A DNA stretch of 64,000 nt from the NCBI GenBank assembly GCA_035473555.1, contig DATIOC010000043.1:73-64072 (forward strand). Direction: 5' to 3'. The position numbers and the translations under genes are program-made. Each line of letters starts with the position of its first letter. Position 1 is the first letter of the stretch. Under the pieces are notes generated by a model, which did not search any database, was not told the origin of the DNA, and worked only from the letters and a program-made list of their open reading frames with translations. This stretch comes from Solirubrobacterales bacterium. Lineage in GTDB: Bacteria > Actinomycetota > Thermoleophilia > Solirubrobacterales > 70-9. Shown one piece after another: positions 42,091-52,057 of the stretch.

Positions 42091-44229
42091 TCAGCCGGGG
42101 CTGATGCCGCCGCCGGCTGGCGGGGCGGGCGTTGGGTTCGGCGCGGGGGCTGGAGTTGGTTCGGGGGTCGGTTCGGGCTCGGGGGTGTTTTCTTCGCCGC
42201 CTTCTTCGCCGCCCTTGTCTTTGCCCTTGCCTTCGTCTTCGGATTCTTCTTCGCCTTCGAAGGTTTCTTCTTCGTCGTAGCCGCTGTAGCCGCCCGAGGA
42301 GGTGTGTTCGCTGTCGAGGCCGTCGAGTTCGGGGAGCGAGCTGGGGGTTTCGAATTCAGGGCAGTCGCCTTCGACCGCTTCCGACATGTAGTTCGCCCAG
42401 ATCGGGCCGGCGGTGGGACCGCCGAAACCGGTGTATTCGCGCGTGGTCGGGTGGCCGACCCAGACCGCGGTCGAGAAGAGCGGCGTGAAGCCGACGAACC
42501 AGGCGTCGGAGAGTTCCTCCGAGGTGCCGGTCTTGCCCGCCGCGCTGGAGCAGCCCATCGAGGTGTAGCCGGCGCCGGTGCCCTGGGTGATCACGCCCTC
42601 GAGGATGCGGGTGACTTCGTAGGCCTGGCCCTCGGTGAGGACGCGTTCGCCCGAGTCTTTCTCGAAGTTGTCGACCTTGCCGTCGGGGAACTCGACCTTG
42701 CTCACCGCAGTCGGATCGTGGTGGATGCCGCCGCTGGCGAGGGTCGCGTAGGCGTCTGCCATTTCCAGCGGCGTGACCCCGCTCCCGAGACCGCCGATTC
42801 CCTCCGCCGGGACCGACTGCAGCGGCGATTCAATCCCCATCTGCTTCGCGGTTTCGGTCACCGATTCCGGCCCGACGTCGAGGTCGAGCTGGGCGTAGAC
42901 GACGTTGACCGAGTCCCAGGTCGCGCTTTCCAGGTTGTAGCTGCCGCCCCCCTCGCCCTCGGAGTTGTTGACCGTCCAGGTGCCGCCGCCGGGAATCTCC
43001 AGCGTCTTCGGCGAAGTGCCGTCGTAGTAGGTGCTGCCCGGGTCGATCCCCTCCTTCACCGCGGTGGTGAGGACGAAGGTCTTGAATGACGACCCGGGCT
43101 GCCGGCGCGCCTGCCAGGCGTAGTTGAACTGGCTTTCGTCGGCGAAGCCTTCGGTGTTGGCGAGGGCGACGATCGCGCCGTTCTTCGGGTTGACCGAGGC
43201 GAGGCCGGCGACCGGGCCGCCTTCGGAGTAGCAGACGGAGCAGTAGTTTTCGACCGCGTATTCGGCCTTCGCCTGCAGGTCGGGGTCGATCGTCGTGTAC
43301 GCCTTCAGCCCGCCTTTGCGGACGGTGTTGATCCCGTACTCCTCGATCAGTTCGTTCTGGACGAGGTCGAAGAGGAAGGGGTCCTTGATCACCTGGTACT
43401 TGTCGCCGGGGTTGAGCCCAAGGCCGCGGGTTTTCGCCTCGCGGTATTCGTCGCCGGTGATGTAGCCCTGTTCGTTCATCACCAGCAGGACCTCGTTGCG
43501 CCGCTTCAGCGCCGCTTTCGGGTCGAGGAAGGGGTTGTATTCGGAGGGCGCCTGCGGCAGGCCGGCGAGCAGCGCCGCCTCGGTCAGGTTGAGGTCCTTG
43601 GCCGGCTTCGAGAAGTACGTCTGCGAGGCGGCCTCGGCGCCGACCGCGGTCTGGCCTTCGACCGTCCCGTATGGCGCGCTGTTGAGGTACTGGGTGAGGA
43701 TCCAGTTCTTGTCGTGCGCTTCCTCGAGCTCGACCGCCAGCGAGGCTTCGATCAGCTTTCGCTTGATCGTGTTTTCCGGGTTGTGGATGTAGAGGTTGCG
43801 GACCAGCTGCTGGGTGATCGTCGAAGCGCCCTGCACCGCGGCGCCGGCCTCGAGGTCCTTCCAGGCGGCGCGGGCGATGCCTTCGTAGTCGAGGGCGCCG
43901 TGGTGGAAGAAGTTCTTGTCCTCGATCGCGATCGTCGCGTCGCGCAGGACCTGCGGCTGGGACTTTTCCGGCAGCGGCTGGCGCACGTTTTCGGAGCGGA
44001 TGAAGCCGATCAGGCTGCCGTCGGCCGCGTAGATCGCCGAGGAGCGGCCCTTCTGCACCGGCTTCAGGCTGGAGAGCGGCGGCGCCGAGTTGTAGATGTT
44101 GATCGCCCAGGCCGCTGCGATTCCACCAGCGATCATCACAAGTGCGGCGAGGATTCCCAGCGGGATCGCGACCTTGTGCCAGATGGGATGGTGCGGCTTC
44201 CGGCGCCGCCTGCGGACCCGCGTGGCCAT
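42091..44229 (-). CDS. Class A penicillin-binding protein (bifunctional transglycosylase/transpeptidase, PBP1A-type)
   Basis: Start at MATRVRRRRRKPHH (44229). GT51 motifs (...IAIEDKNFFHHGALD..., ...GASTITQQLVRN...). Transpeptidase SxxK (...PGSSFKTF...) and ...KTGTS.... The tail is acidic and Pro/Thr-rich and of low complexity. Confidence 0.92.
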   Translation of the reverse strand: MATRVRRRRRKPHHPIWHKVAIPLGILAALVMIAGGIAAAWAINIYNSAPPLSSLKPVQKGRSSAIYAADGSLIGFIRSENVRQPLPEKSQPQVLRDATIAIEDKNFFHHGALDYEGIARAAWKDLEAGAAVQGASTITQQLVRNLYIHNPENTIKRKLIEASLAVELEEAHDKNWILTQYLNSAPYGTVEGQTAVGAEAASQTYFSKPAKDLNLTEAALLAGLPQAPSEYNPFLDPKAALKRRNEVLLVMNEQGYITGDEYREAKTRGLGLNPGDKYQVIKDPFLFDLVQNELIEEYGINTVRKGGLKAYTTIDPDLQAKAEYAVENYCSVCYSEGGPVAGLASVNPKNGAIVALANTEGFADESQFNYAWQARRQPGSSFKTFVLTTAVKEGIDPGSTYYDGTSPKTLEIPGGGTWTVNNSEGEGGGSYNLESATWDSVNVVYAQLDLDVGPESVTETAKQMGIESPLQSVPAEGIGGLGSGVTPLEMADAYATLASGGIHHDPTAVSKVEFPDGKVDNFEKDSGERVLTEGQAYEVTRILEGVITQGTGAGYTSMGCSSAAGKTGTSEELSDAWFVGFTPLFSTAVWVGHPTTREYTGFGGPTAGPIWANYMSEAVEGDCPEFETPSSLPELDGLDSEHTSSGGYSGYDEEETFEGEEESEDEGKGKDKGGEEGGEENTPEPEPTPEPTPAPAPNPTPAPPAGGGISPG

Positions 44230-44354
44230 TCGACCTCGATTGTAGGGAGGCAGGGGCGCCGGCCGTGCCGTTTCGGGGTCCGCGCAATCCCGCTTGCCGT
44301 CCCGATAGGGTCGCCCGCGCAGGCTCTTTGTTGATTTGGGGAGAGGGAGGAAAA

Positions 44355-44704
44355 GTGAAACTCGTAATCGGGATCGTTCGCCCCGAGCAGGCGAACCAGG
44401 TCCTCGAGGCGCTCTACCGGGCCGAGGTCCGGGGCTTCTCGATGAGCCGCGTGCAAGGGCACGGCGGCGAGATGGACCGGGTCGAGACCTACCGCGGCAC
44501 GACCGTGCAGATGGGCCTCTCGGAGAAGATGCGCTTCGAGGTCGCCGTCTCCGACGACTTCGTCGACAAAACCGTAGGGGCGCTCTGCGAGGGCGGCCGC
44601 ACCGGCGAAGTCGGCGACGGCAAGATCTTCGTCGTGCCGCTCGACCACGCGGTGCGGATCCGCACCGGGGACAGCGACGAGGGCGCCGTGACGCCGGTGG
44701 ACAA

Positions 44705-44708
<4 letters not shown>
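44355..44708 (+). CDS. glnK: P-II family nitrogen regulatory protein
   Basis: GTG 44355 with a GGGAGG RBS. VKLVIGIVRPEQANQVLEAL..., a T-loop with ...ETYRG..., and ...TGEVGDGKIFVVPLDHAVRIRTG. Confidence 0.85.
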
Positions 44709-45991
<1,283 letters not shown>

Positions 45992-45999
45992 GCCAGCTT

Positions 46000-46079
46000 G
46001 GGGGCCGGGGGTACCTCCTCCAGACACTCAACATCGAGCCATTGGCGAGATGTGTCTGGGGGAGGTACCCCCGGCCCCC
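46000..46079. repeat. 28-bp (27/28) inverted repeat with a 24-nt loop; a G-rich palindromic element filling a convergent intergenic gap
   Basis: GGGGGCCGGGGGTACCTCCTCCAGACAC (46000-27) pairs with GTGTCTGGGGGAGGTACCCCCGGCCCCC (46052-79). It lies between the amt stop (45991) and the permease stop (46081). Confidence 0.85.
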
Positions 46080-46080
46080 C

Positions 46081-46844
46081 TTACGCCCTGAGCCTGTACC
46101 CCTTGCTGAACAGGCGGAGATTCACCAAGAAGATCGCCACAGTCGCCGCAGTCAGAGCGAGAAGCGAGAGCGGGATGCTGACTTCGGTGTAGCCGACGAA
46201 GCCGTAGCGGACGAGGTTGATCATGTAGTAGATCGGGTTGAAGTGGGTCAGCGTCTCGTAGGGCTGGGGCAGCAGCGCCGCCGAGTAGAAGACGCCGCCG
46301 AGGAAGATCAGCGGGGTCAGAACGAAGGTCTGGGCGAAGGCGACGTCGTCGAACTGCTCGGCGCGGACGCCGATCAGGACTCCGAGCTGGCTGAAGAAGA
46401 ACCCGACCAGGAAGAGCGACGGGATCAGGACCAGGACGTGGTCGACGGGCAGAGCGACCAGGATCACCGAGACGATGAAAGTCAGGACCGCGACGATCAG
46501 GCCGCGCACGAAGCCGCCGAGCGAGAAGGCGAGGAGCAGCTCGGCCGGCGATGCGGGCGAGGAGAGCTGGTCCTGGATCGCCCCCTGGAACTTCTGCTGG
46601 AGGATCGAGGAGGAGTTGTTGGAGAAGGCGTTGGTCGAGAAGGCCATCATGATCAGGCCGGGGATGACGAAGACGACGTAGTCGATCCCGTGCAGCTTGT
46701 CGATGCGGGAGCCCAGCGCCGCGCCAAAGACCGAGATGTAGAGGAAGGTTTCCAGCAGCGGCGCGCCGAGCGTCTGCTTCTTGATCTTCATGAAGCGGTT
46801 GATCTCGCGACGCCAGAGGGTCGCGAAGCGGATCTGGGCGGCGC

Positions 46845-46848
<4 letters not shown>
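46081..46848 (-). CDS. ABC-2 type transporter permease
   Basis: 255 aa, polytopic. Its GTG overlaps the ATPase TGA. ...HFNPIYYMINLVRYGF.... Confidence 0.85.
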
Positions 46849-47618
<770 letters not shown>

Positions 47619-47700
47619 GCGGCGACGACTCTAGCCAGCCGCGGCATCGAGCCAGGTGACTGGGTGCTCGCAGAGGGCGTGCGCCCTAGCACGATCGCGG

Positions 47701-48525
47701 CTATTCCAAGGCCCCTGCGAACGGTTCCACCAAACCGTCAATGACGCTTTCCAAGTCCTTTGAACGGACTTTGTCGCCGCTCCCGACTTCTTGAAGGGCG
47801 GTGGTATTCGCTCGCCAGCACGGCATTGCCGATCGCAGCAGGTAGCGGGCGTAGTCCGGCTCGCCGAGAACAAAGTTGTGAAGCACCTCGAGAGTCCCGT
47901 GGTCCCAGTAGTACTCACCTGGCGTTGGAAGCTCCGGAAGACCCGTCACCGCCATGCCAAGCGGGAGGTTGGGGCGGGGTCCGTCGGTCTGCAGGCTGAT
48001 CTTCGTTTCGAAGAGGTAGAGGGAGGTGGGGTCCCCGGCCGGCAGTTTCGTGCTCAATCCGACCCGGAAGCGGTCTGCTTCGTCCGCCCCGACCTGCTGG
48101 TGCAGAGCCGTTTCGAAGGTTTCCCCATCGCGGGCGCCCGCCGGTAACGTCAAGCCATAGACATGGGAGAGGAGGAGGTCGTCCTGAGATGCGCATCGGC
48201 GCAGCTTGTAGACATGACGAACCCGTACCTGGAGGCCGTCAATCACGACCAGCCGGTCGCCCATGTTGTGAAGGGTCACTTCCAGATAGGCGCGACCGTC
48301 CTCGAAGGGAGACACGTCGTGGACAGCGAAGTCAACGGCCGCGAGCTTCCCGGGGGTCGCCGCCTCGGCTGCCCGGGACTCATCGCCGCTGCCATCTGAC
48401 CCAGAGCTGACGAAGAGCGCGACGACCGCGACGACCAGACCGACCCCGGCAATGGCCAAGCCGACCTTTTCCACCCAGTTTGGACCTCCAGAAGATCCTC
48501 CCTTTGCTCGCCACCGGCGCCCCAT
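47701..48525 (-). CDS. Hypothetical membrane-anchored protein (orphan, less GC-rich)
   Basis: ORF 47701..48585. The start at MGRRWRAKGG (48525) avoids overlap with the divergent exonuclease gene. One N-terminal TM segment (VGLAIAGVGLVVAVVALFV). I did not recognise a domain. Confidence 0.5.
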   Translation of the reverse strand: MGRRWRAKGGSSGGPNWVEKVGLAIAGVGLVVAVVALFVSSGSDGSGDESRAAEAATPGKLAAVDFAVHDVSPFEDGRAYLEVTLHNMGDRLVVIDGLQVRVRHVYKLRRCASQDDLLLSHVYGLTLPAGARDGETFETALHQQVGADEADRFRVGLSTKLPAGDPTSLYLFETKISLQTDGPRPNLPLGMAVTGLPELPTPGEYYWDHGTLEVLHNFVLGEPDYARYLLRSAMPCWRANTTALQEVGSGDKVRSKDLESVIDGLVEPFAGALE

Positions 48526-48556
48526 CCGCGGAGATGACAGTACATAGTCTGTTCCG

Positions 48557-49423
48557 ATGCCCGCGCCGCTGCTCGCCGTCGACACCCCTTCGATGCTGTT
48601 CCGCGCCTTCTACGCGCTGCCGAGCAAGATCGTCGGGCCGGACGGGCGGCCCGTGAACGCGCTGCTGGGGACGGCGAACCTGATCCTGCGCGAGGTCGAA
48701 GTCCACCAGCCTCGCGCCGTCGTCCTCTGCTTCGGCCCCGACGCGGCCGCCTACCGGACCGAGCTCTATCCCGCCTACCACGCCGAGCGCGAGGAGGCGA
48801 TGCCCGACGAGCTGCCGCACCAGTTCGCCGACGCGCGCCCGTTCTTCGAGGCGTTCGGCTGGACGGTCGCGGTTGCCGGGGACCTCGAGGCCGACGACCT
48901 GCTCGGCACCTACGCGAAGCTCGAGGCCGAGGCCGGCGGCCGGGCGCTGCTGCTGACCGGGGACCGCGACATGTACCAGTGCGCGAGCGAGGAGGTGACC
49001 GTGCTCTACGTCAAAACCGGAGGCGGCAAAGGCGCCGAAGAGGTCGGGCCGGCAGAGGTGCGCGAGCGCTACGGGATCGGCCCCGAGCTGGTGCCCGACT
49101 TCATCGCCCTGCGCGGCGACCCATCCGACGGGCTGCCGGGCGCCAAGGGCGTCGGCCCGAAGACCGCGGCCGAGCTGCTGAAGGCGCACGGCTCGCTGGA
49201 GGCGATCCTCGACGGCGCGATCCGCGAGCGGCGCCCGGCGCTGCGCGCGGCCTTGATCGAAGGCAAGGAGGACCTGCTCAAGTTCAAGGACATCGCGACG
49301 CTGCGCGACGCCAAGGTGAAGCGGCCGAAGGACCGCGCCACGGACTGGAGCGGCGCGGCCGAGGCGGCGAGGGAGCGCGGGATGAAAAGGCTCGCAGAGC
49401 GGTTGGAGAGTCAGGTCCAGTAG
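48557..49423 (+). CDS. 5'-3' exonuclease (FEN / Pol I N-terminal-domain family)
   Basis: ...LLAVDTPSMLFRAFYAL..., ...YHAER..., ...GDLEADDLLG..., ...LLTGDRDMYQ..., ...DGLPGAKGVGPKTAAELL (H3TH). Confidence 0.88.
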   Translation: MPAPLLAVDTPSMLFRAFYALPSKIVGPDGRPVNALLGTANLILREVEVHQPRAVVLCFGPDAAAYRTELYPAYHAEREEAMPDELPHQFADARPFFEAFGWTVAVAGDLEADDLLGTYAKLEAEAGGRALLLTGDRDMYQCASEEVTVLYVKTGGGKGAEEVGPAEVRERYGIGPELVPDFIALRGDPSDGLPGAKGVGPKTAAELLKAHGSLEAILDGAIRERRPALRAALIEGKEDLLKFKDIATLRDAKVKRPKDRATDWSGAAEAARERGMKRLAERLESQVQ

Positions 49424-49518
49424 GGGGTTCTCTCAACTTTTTCGTGATCGCCTGGAGCCGTCCGAGATGGGGAACCGCGAAAAAGTACAAGCCGTTCACC
49501 CCCTACTGGACCTGACTC
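49408..49518. repeat. 21-bp perfect inverted repeat with a 69-nt spacer that contains the last codons and stop codons of both convergent genes
   Basis: GAGTCAGGTCCAGTAGGGGGT (49408-28) and its exact reverse complement (49498-518). There is a nested repeat CTTTTTCG / CGAAAAAG. Both genes therefore end in ...SQVQ-stop. Confidence 0.85.
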
Positions 49519-49745
49519 ACTCGAAGCGCTTGCAGCAGGCCCCAGGCGCTGACTATGGCCCAGACCGTCTCGAGGAGGACGAAACCCCATTGGGAGGCGG
49601 CGAGGGCCAGGACGGCGAGGATGAGCGAGCCGAGCAGGTTGAGTGCCAGGTAGAGGCGAGAGTCCGGGCGCATGCGGTCGAACTGAACTGCTGCGAAGGC
49701 AGCGAGGATCAGTAGGGCGCCGATGATTTGGATCACCTGGTCCAT
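49503..49745 (-). CDS. Small hydrophobic membrane protein (80 aa, 3 TM)
   Basis: MDQVIQIIGALLILAAFAAVQFDRMRPDSRLYLALNLLGSLILAVLALAASQWGFVLLETVWAIVSAWGLL.... Confidence 0.6.
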   Translation of the reverse strand: MDQVIQIIGALLILAAFAAVQFDRMRPDSRLYLALNLLGSLILAVLALAASQWGFVLLETVWAIVSAWGLLQALRVSQVQ

Positions 49746-50555
49746 GCGCCGAGCCTATTGAGCGGGTACCTTCGCCCGGTGGATACCGCCTCCCTCCCGC
49801 TCTTCGATCACGGGCAGCTGCGCAAGCGCTGGCGCTATGTCGGCCTCTTCGCAGAGGAGCTGATGCTTTGTGCGGCGCGGGCTGAGGTGGGGCCGTTGAC
49901 GCAATCGTTCTGGGTGCTGCTGGATCGGGAGTCGGGGCAGCAGTGGAACCACACCGCGCTGGTTCCCGGCAGCAGGGAGGTGACGCTGGACGGGCCGCGG
50001 CTGGAGATCGACGGGCCCGGGCTGCGCGCCAGCCTGCGGCTCGGCGAGTGCGAGGCGATCGAGGCGAACTGTCCCAGCGACCGCTCCCTCGCCTGGACCC
50101 GCAAGCGGGTCGGGATGCCGGTCGAGGGGACGGTCGAGGTACCGGGACGGCGCTGGGATGTCGAGGGCCGCGGGGTCGACGACGAGTCCGCCGGCCACCA
50201 CAAGCGCGAGACCAGCTGGCGCTGGTCGGCCGGTGTGGGCTCTGCCGCCGACGGCCGCGCCGTCGCCTGGAACCTGGTCGAAGGGATCAACGACCCGCCG
50301 AGCGGCAGCGAGCGCGCGATCTGGATCGACGGCGCCCCCGCCGAGCCGGCGCCGGTGCGCTTCGCCGGCGACGAGATCGCCCTCGACGGCGAGTCCCTCC
50401 ATTTCAGCGGCGAGTCCGAACACACCCACGACGACAATTACCTCTTGATCCGCTCCCGCTACCGCCACCGCTTCGGCACGTTCAGCGGCACGCTCGGGGG
50501 TGTCGAGCTGGCCCAGGGCCTGGGCGTGATGGAGGAGCACGATGCCCGCTGGTAA
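49728..50555 (+). CDS. DUF2804-like protein
   Basis: ...KRWRYVGLF..., and a C-terminal ...GVMEEHDARW, as in the DUF2804 family as I remember it. The annotated TTG start overlaps the divergent gene, so a downstream start is likely. Confidence 0.55.
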   Translation: MDHLVHAPSLLSGYLRPVDTASLPLFDHGQLRKRWRYVGLFAEELMLCAARAEVGPLTQSFWVLLDRESGQQWNHTALVPGSREVTLDGPRLEIDGPGLRASLRLGECEAIEANCPSDRSLAWTRKRVGMPVEGTVEVPGRRWDVEGRGVDDESAGHHKRETSWRWSAGVGSAADGRAVAWNLVEGINDPPSGSERAIWIDGAPAEPAPVRFAGDEIALDGESLHFSGESEHTHDDNYLLIRSRYRHRFGTFSGTLGGVELAQGLGVMEEHDARW

Positions 50556-51222
50556 CGGCAGGGGCCGCAAGCTCACCCGGGTGCAGCTCGCCCTGATGCG
50601 GCGGGTACCGCGCAAGCGGGAGCGCTTCATCTCCGAGTACGAGTTCCCCGCGCACATCTCGGCGCGCGTGCGCAAGCGGCTCCCCCAGGTCGGCGAAAGC
50701 GAGTGGCAGCTGGTCGAGCTGGGATTGCGGGAGTGGTTCGTCTGCTGCGCCTGGCGCGGCGGCGCCGTGCTCGGTATGCCCTCGCGCGCCGTCGACGAGG
50801 CCTGGCACGAGTTCATCCTCGACTCGATCGCCTACATCGGCTTCTGCGAGAAGGCCTTCGGCGAGTACCTCCACCACACGCCCGACGAGGCGATGGCGAC
50901 GCCGATGGGCAACGCCCTCGCCGAGACGGTGCGGGCCTGGGACCGCTCCGAGGCCGGCCGCGAGTGGGAGTCGGTGCTCTGGGACCTCGACGAGCGACTG
51001 GGGATCAAGGATCCGCTCGGAATCGCCGAGGAGCAGCTTGCCGGCGTCCGGGCGTACGTGGCCGGCCTCCCCTTCATCGCCACCCAATGCTTCGTCGGCG
51101 CCGGCGGTTGCGGGGCCGGAGGCGGCGAATCCGGTGGAGGCGGTTGCGGTGGCGGGGGTGGCTGTTCGGGTGGCGGTGGCTGCGGAGGCGGAGGGGGTTG
51201 CGGTGGAGGCGGAGGCAGCTAA
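50542..51222 (+). CDS. Hypothetical protein (GRDP/DUF1399-like core) with a C-terminal Gly/Cys repeat tail
   Basis: ...VDEAWHEFILDSIAYIGFCEKAFGEYLHHTP.... The tail is GAGGCGAGGGESGGGGCGGGGGCSGGGGCGGGGGCGGGGGS. Confidence 0.6.
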   Translation: MPAGNGRGRKLTRVQLALMRRVPRKRERFISEYEFPAHISARVRKRLPQVGESEWQLVELGLREWFVCCAWRGGAVLGMPSRAVDEAWHEFILDSIAYIGFCEKAFGEYLHHTPDEAMATPMGNALAETVRAWDRSEAGREWESVLWDLDERLGIKDPLGIAEEQLAGVRAYVAGLPFIATQCFVGAGGCGAGGGESGGGGCGGGGGCSGGGGCGGGGGCGGGGGS

Positions 51223-51223
51223 C

Positions 51224-51269
51224 CGCATCCGACTTTCACCCCACCCCGCTGTGGCGAAAGTCGGATGCG
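51224..51269. terminator. 14-bp perfect hairpin between convergent genes
   Basis: CGCATCCGACTTTC (51224-37) pairs with GAAAGTCGGATGCG (51256-69), with an 18-nt loop. Confidence 0.5.
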
Positions 51270-51273
51270 CCGC

Positions 51274-51981
51274 TCAGACCCTGTACTCCGGGTTCGGGAA
51301 GTCGAAATTGCAGCCGGCGTCCCACTCTTTCGGCTGGTTGCCGTGGGCGGGGATGCCGCCGGCGTCCTTGAGGATGCGGGCCATGTGCATCAGGTTCCAG
51401 GCGGCGAAGGTGGTGTTGCGATTGGTGAAGTCGTTCTGGGGGCCGCCGGAGCCCTCGTCGAGGTAGGAGGGGCCGGGGCCGGCCTCGCCGATCCAGCCCG
51501 CGTCGGCCTGGGGCGGGATCGTGTAGCCGATGTGCTGCAGCGAGTAGAGGACGTTCATCGCGCAGTGCTTGATCCCGTCCTCGTTGCCGGTGACGATGCA
51601 GCCGCCGACGCGGCCGTAGTAGGACCACTGGCCCTGGTCGTTGAGTTCGCTGGAGTTGCCGTAGAGGCGCTCGATCAGGTGGGTCGCGACGGAGGACTTC
51701 TCTCCCAGCCAGATCGGCATCCCGAGGACGAGGATGTTCGCCGCCATCACCTTCTCGTGGATCGCCGGCCACTCGTCGCGCTCCCAGCCGTGTTCGGTCA
51801 TGTCGGGCCAGACGCCGGTCGCGATCTCGTGGTCGATCGCGCGGATGCACTCGACCTCGACCCCCTGCTTGCGCATGATCTCCATCGAGACGTCGATCAG
51901 CCCTTGGGTGTTGGAGGTCTCGGGGCTGCGCTTCAGGGTGCAGTTGACGAAGAGTGCCTTGAGGTCGGAGTAGTCGGTCAC
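51274..51981 (-). CDS. Flavodoxin-fold NAD(P)H-dependent FMN reductase family protein
   Basis: MTDYSDLKALFVNCTLKRSPETSNT..., ...ANILVLGMPIWLGEKSS.... Confidence 0.75.
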   Translation of the reverse strand: MTDYSDLKALFVNCTLKRSPETSNTQGLIDVSMEIMRKQGVEVECIRAIDHEIATGVWPDMTEHGWERDEWPAIHEKVMAANILVLGMPIWLGEKSSVATHLIERLYGNSSELNDQGQWSYYGRVGGCIVTGNEDGIKHCAMNVLYSLQHIGYTIPPQADAGWIGEAGPGPSYLDEGSGGPQNDFTNRNTTFAAWNLMHMARILKDAGGIPAHGNQPKEWDAGCNFDFPNPEYRV

Positions 51982-52057
51982 GTCTCTCTCTCTTTCGTTC
52001 GGGTGGCCGGCGGCGCCGCGATCCTCTCACGCCACCCCTTACGAAAGGGTGAACTCG

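Noticed and set aside
51097-51222. Non-coding tandem repeat or VNTR
   Set aside because: The tract is in frame with a GC3-biased ORF and ends at a TAA, immediately followed by a strong convergent hairpin. It is treated as a coding Gly/Cys tail.
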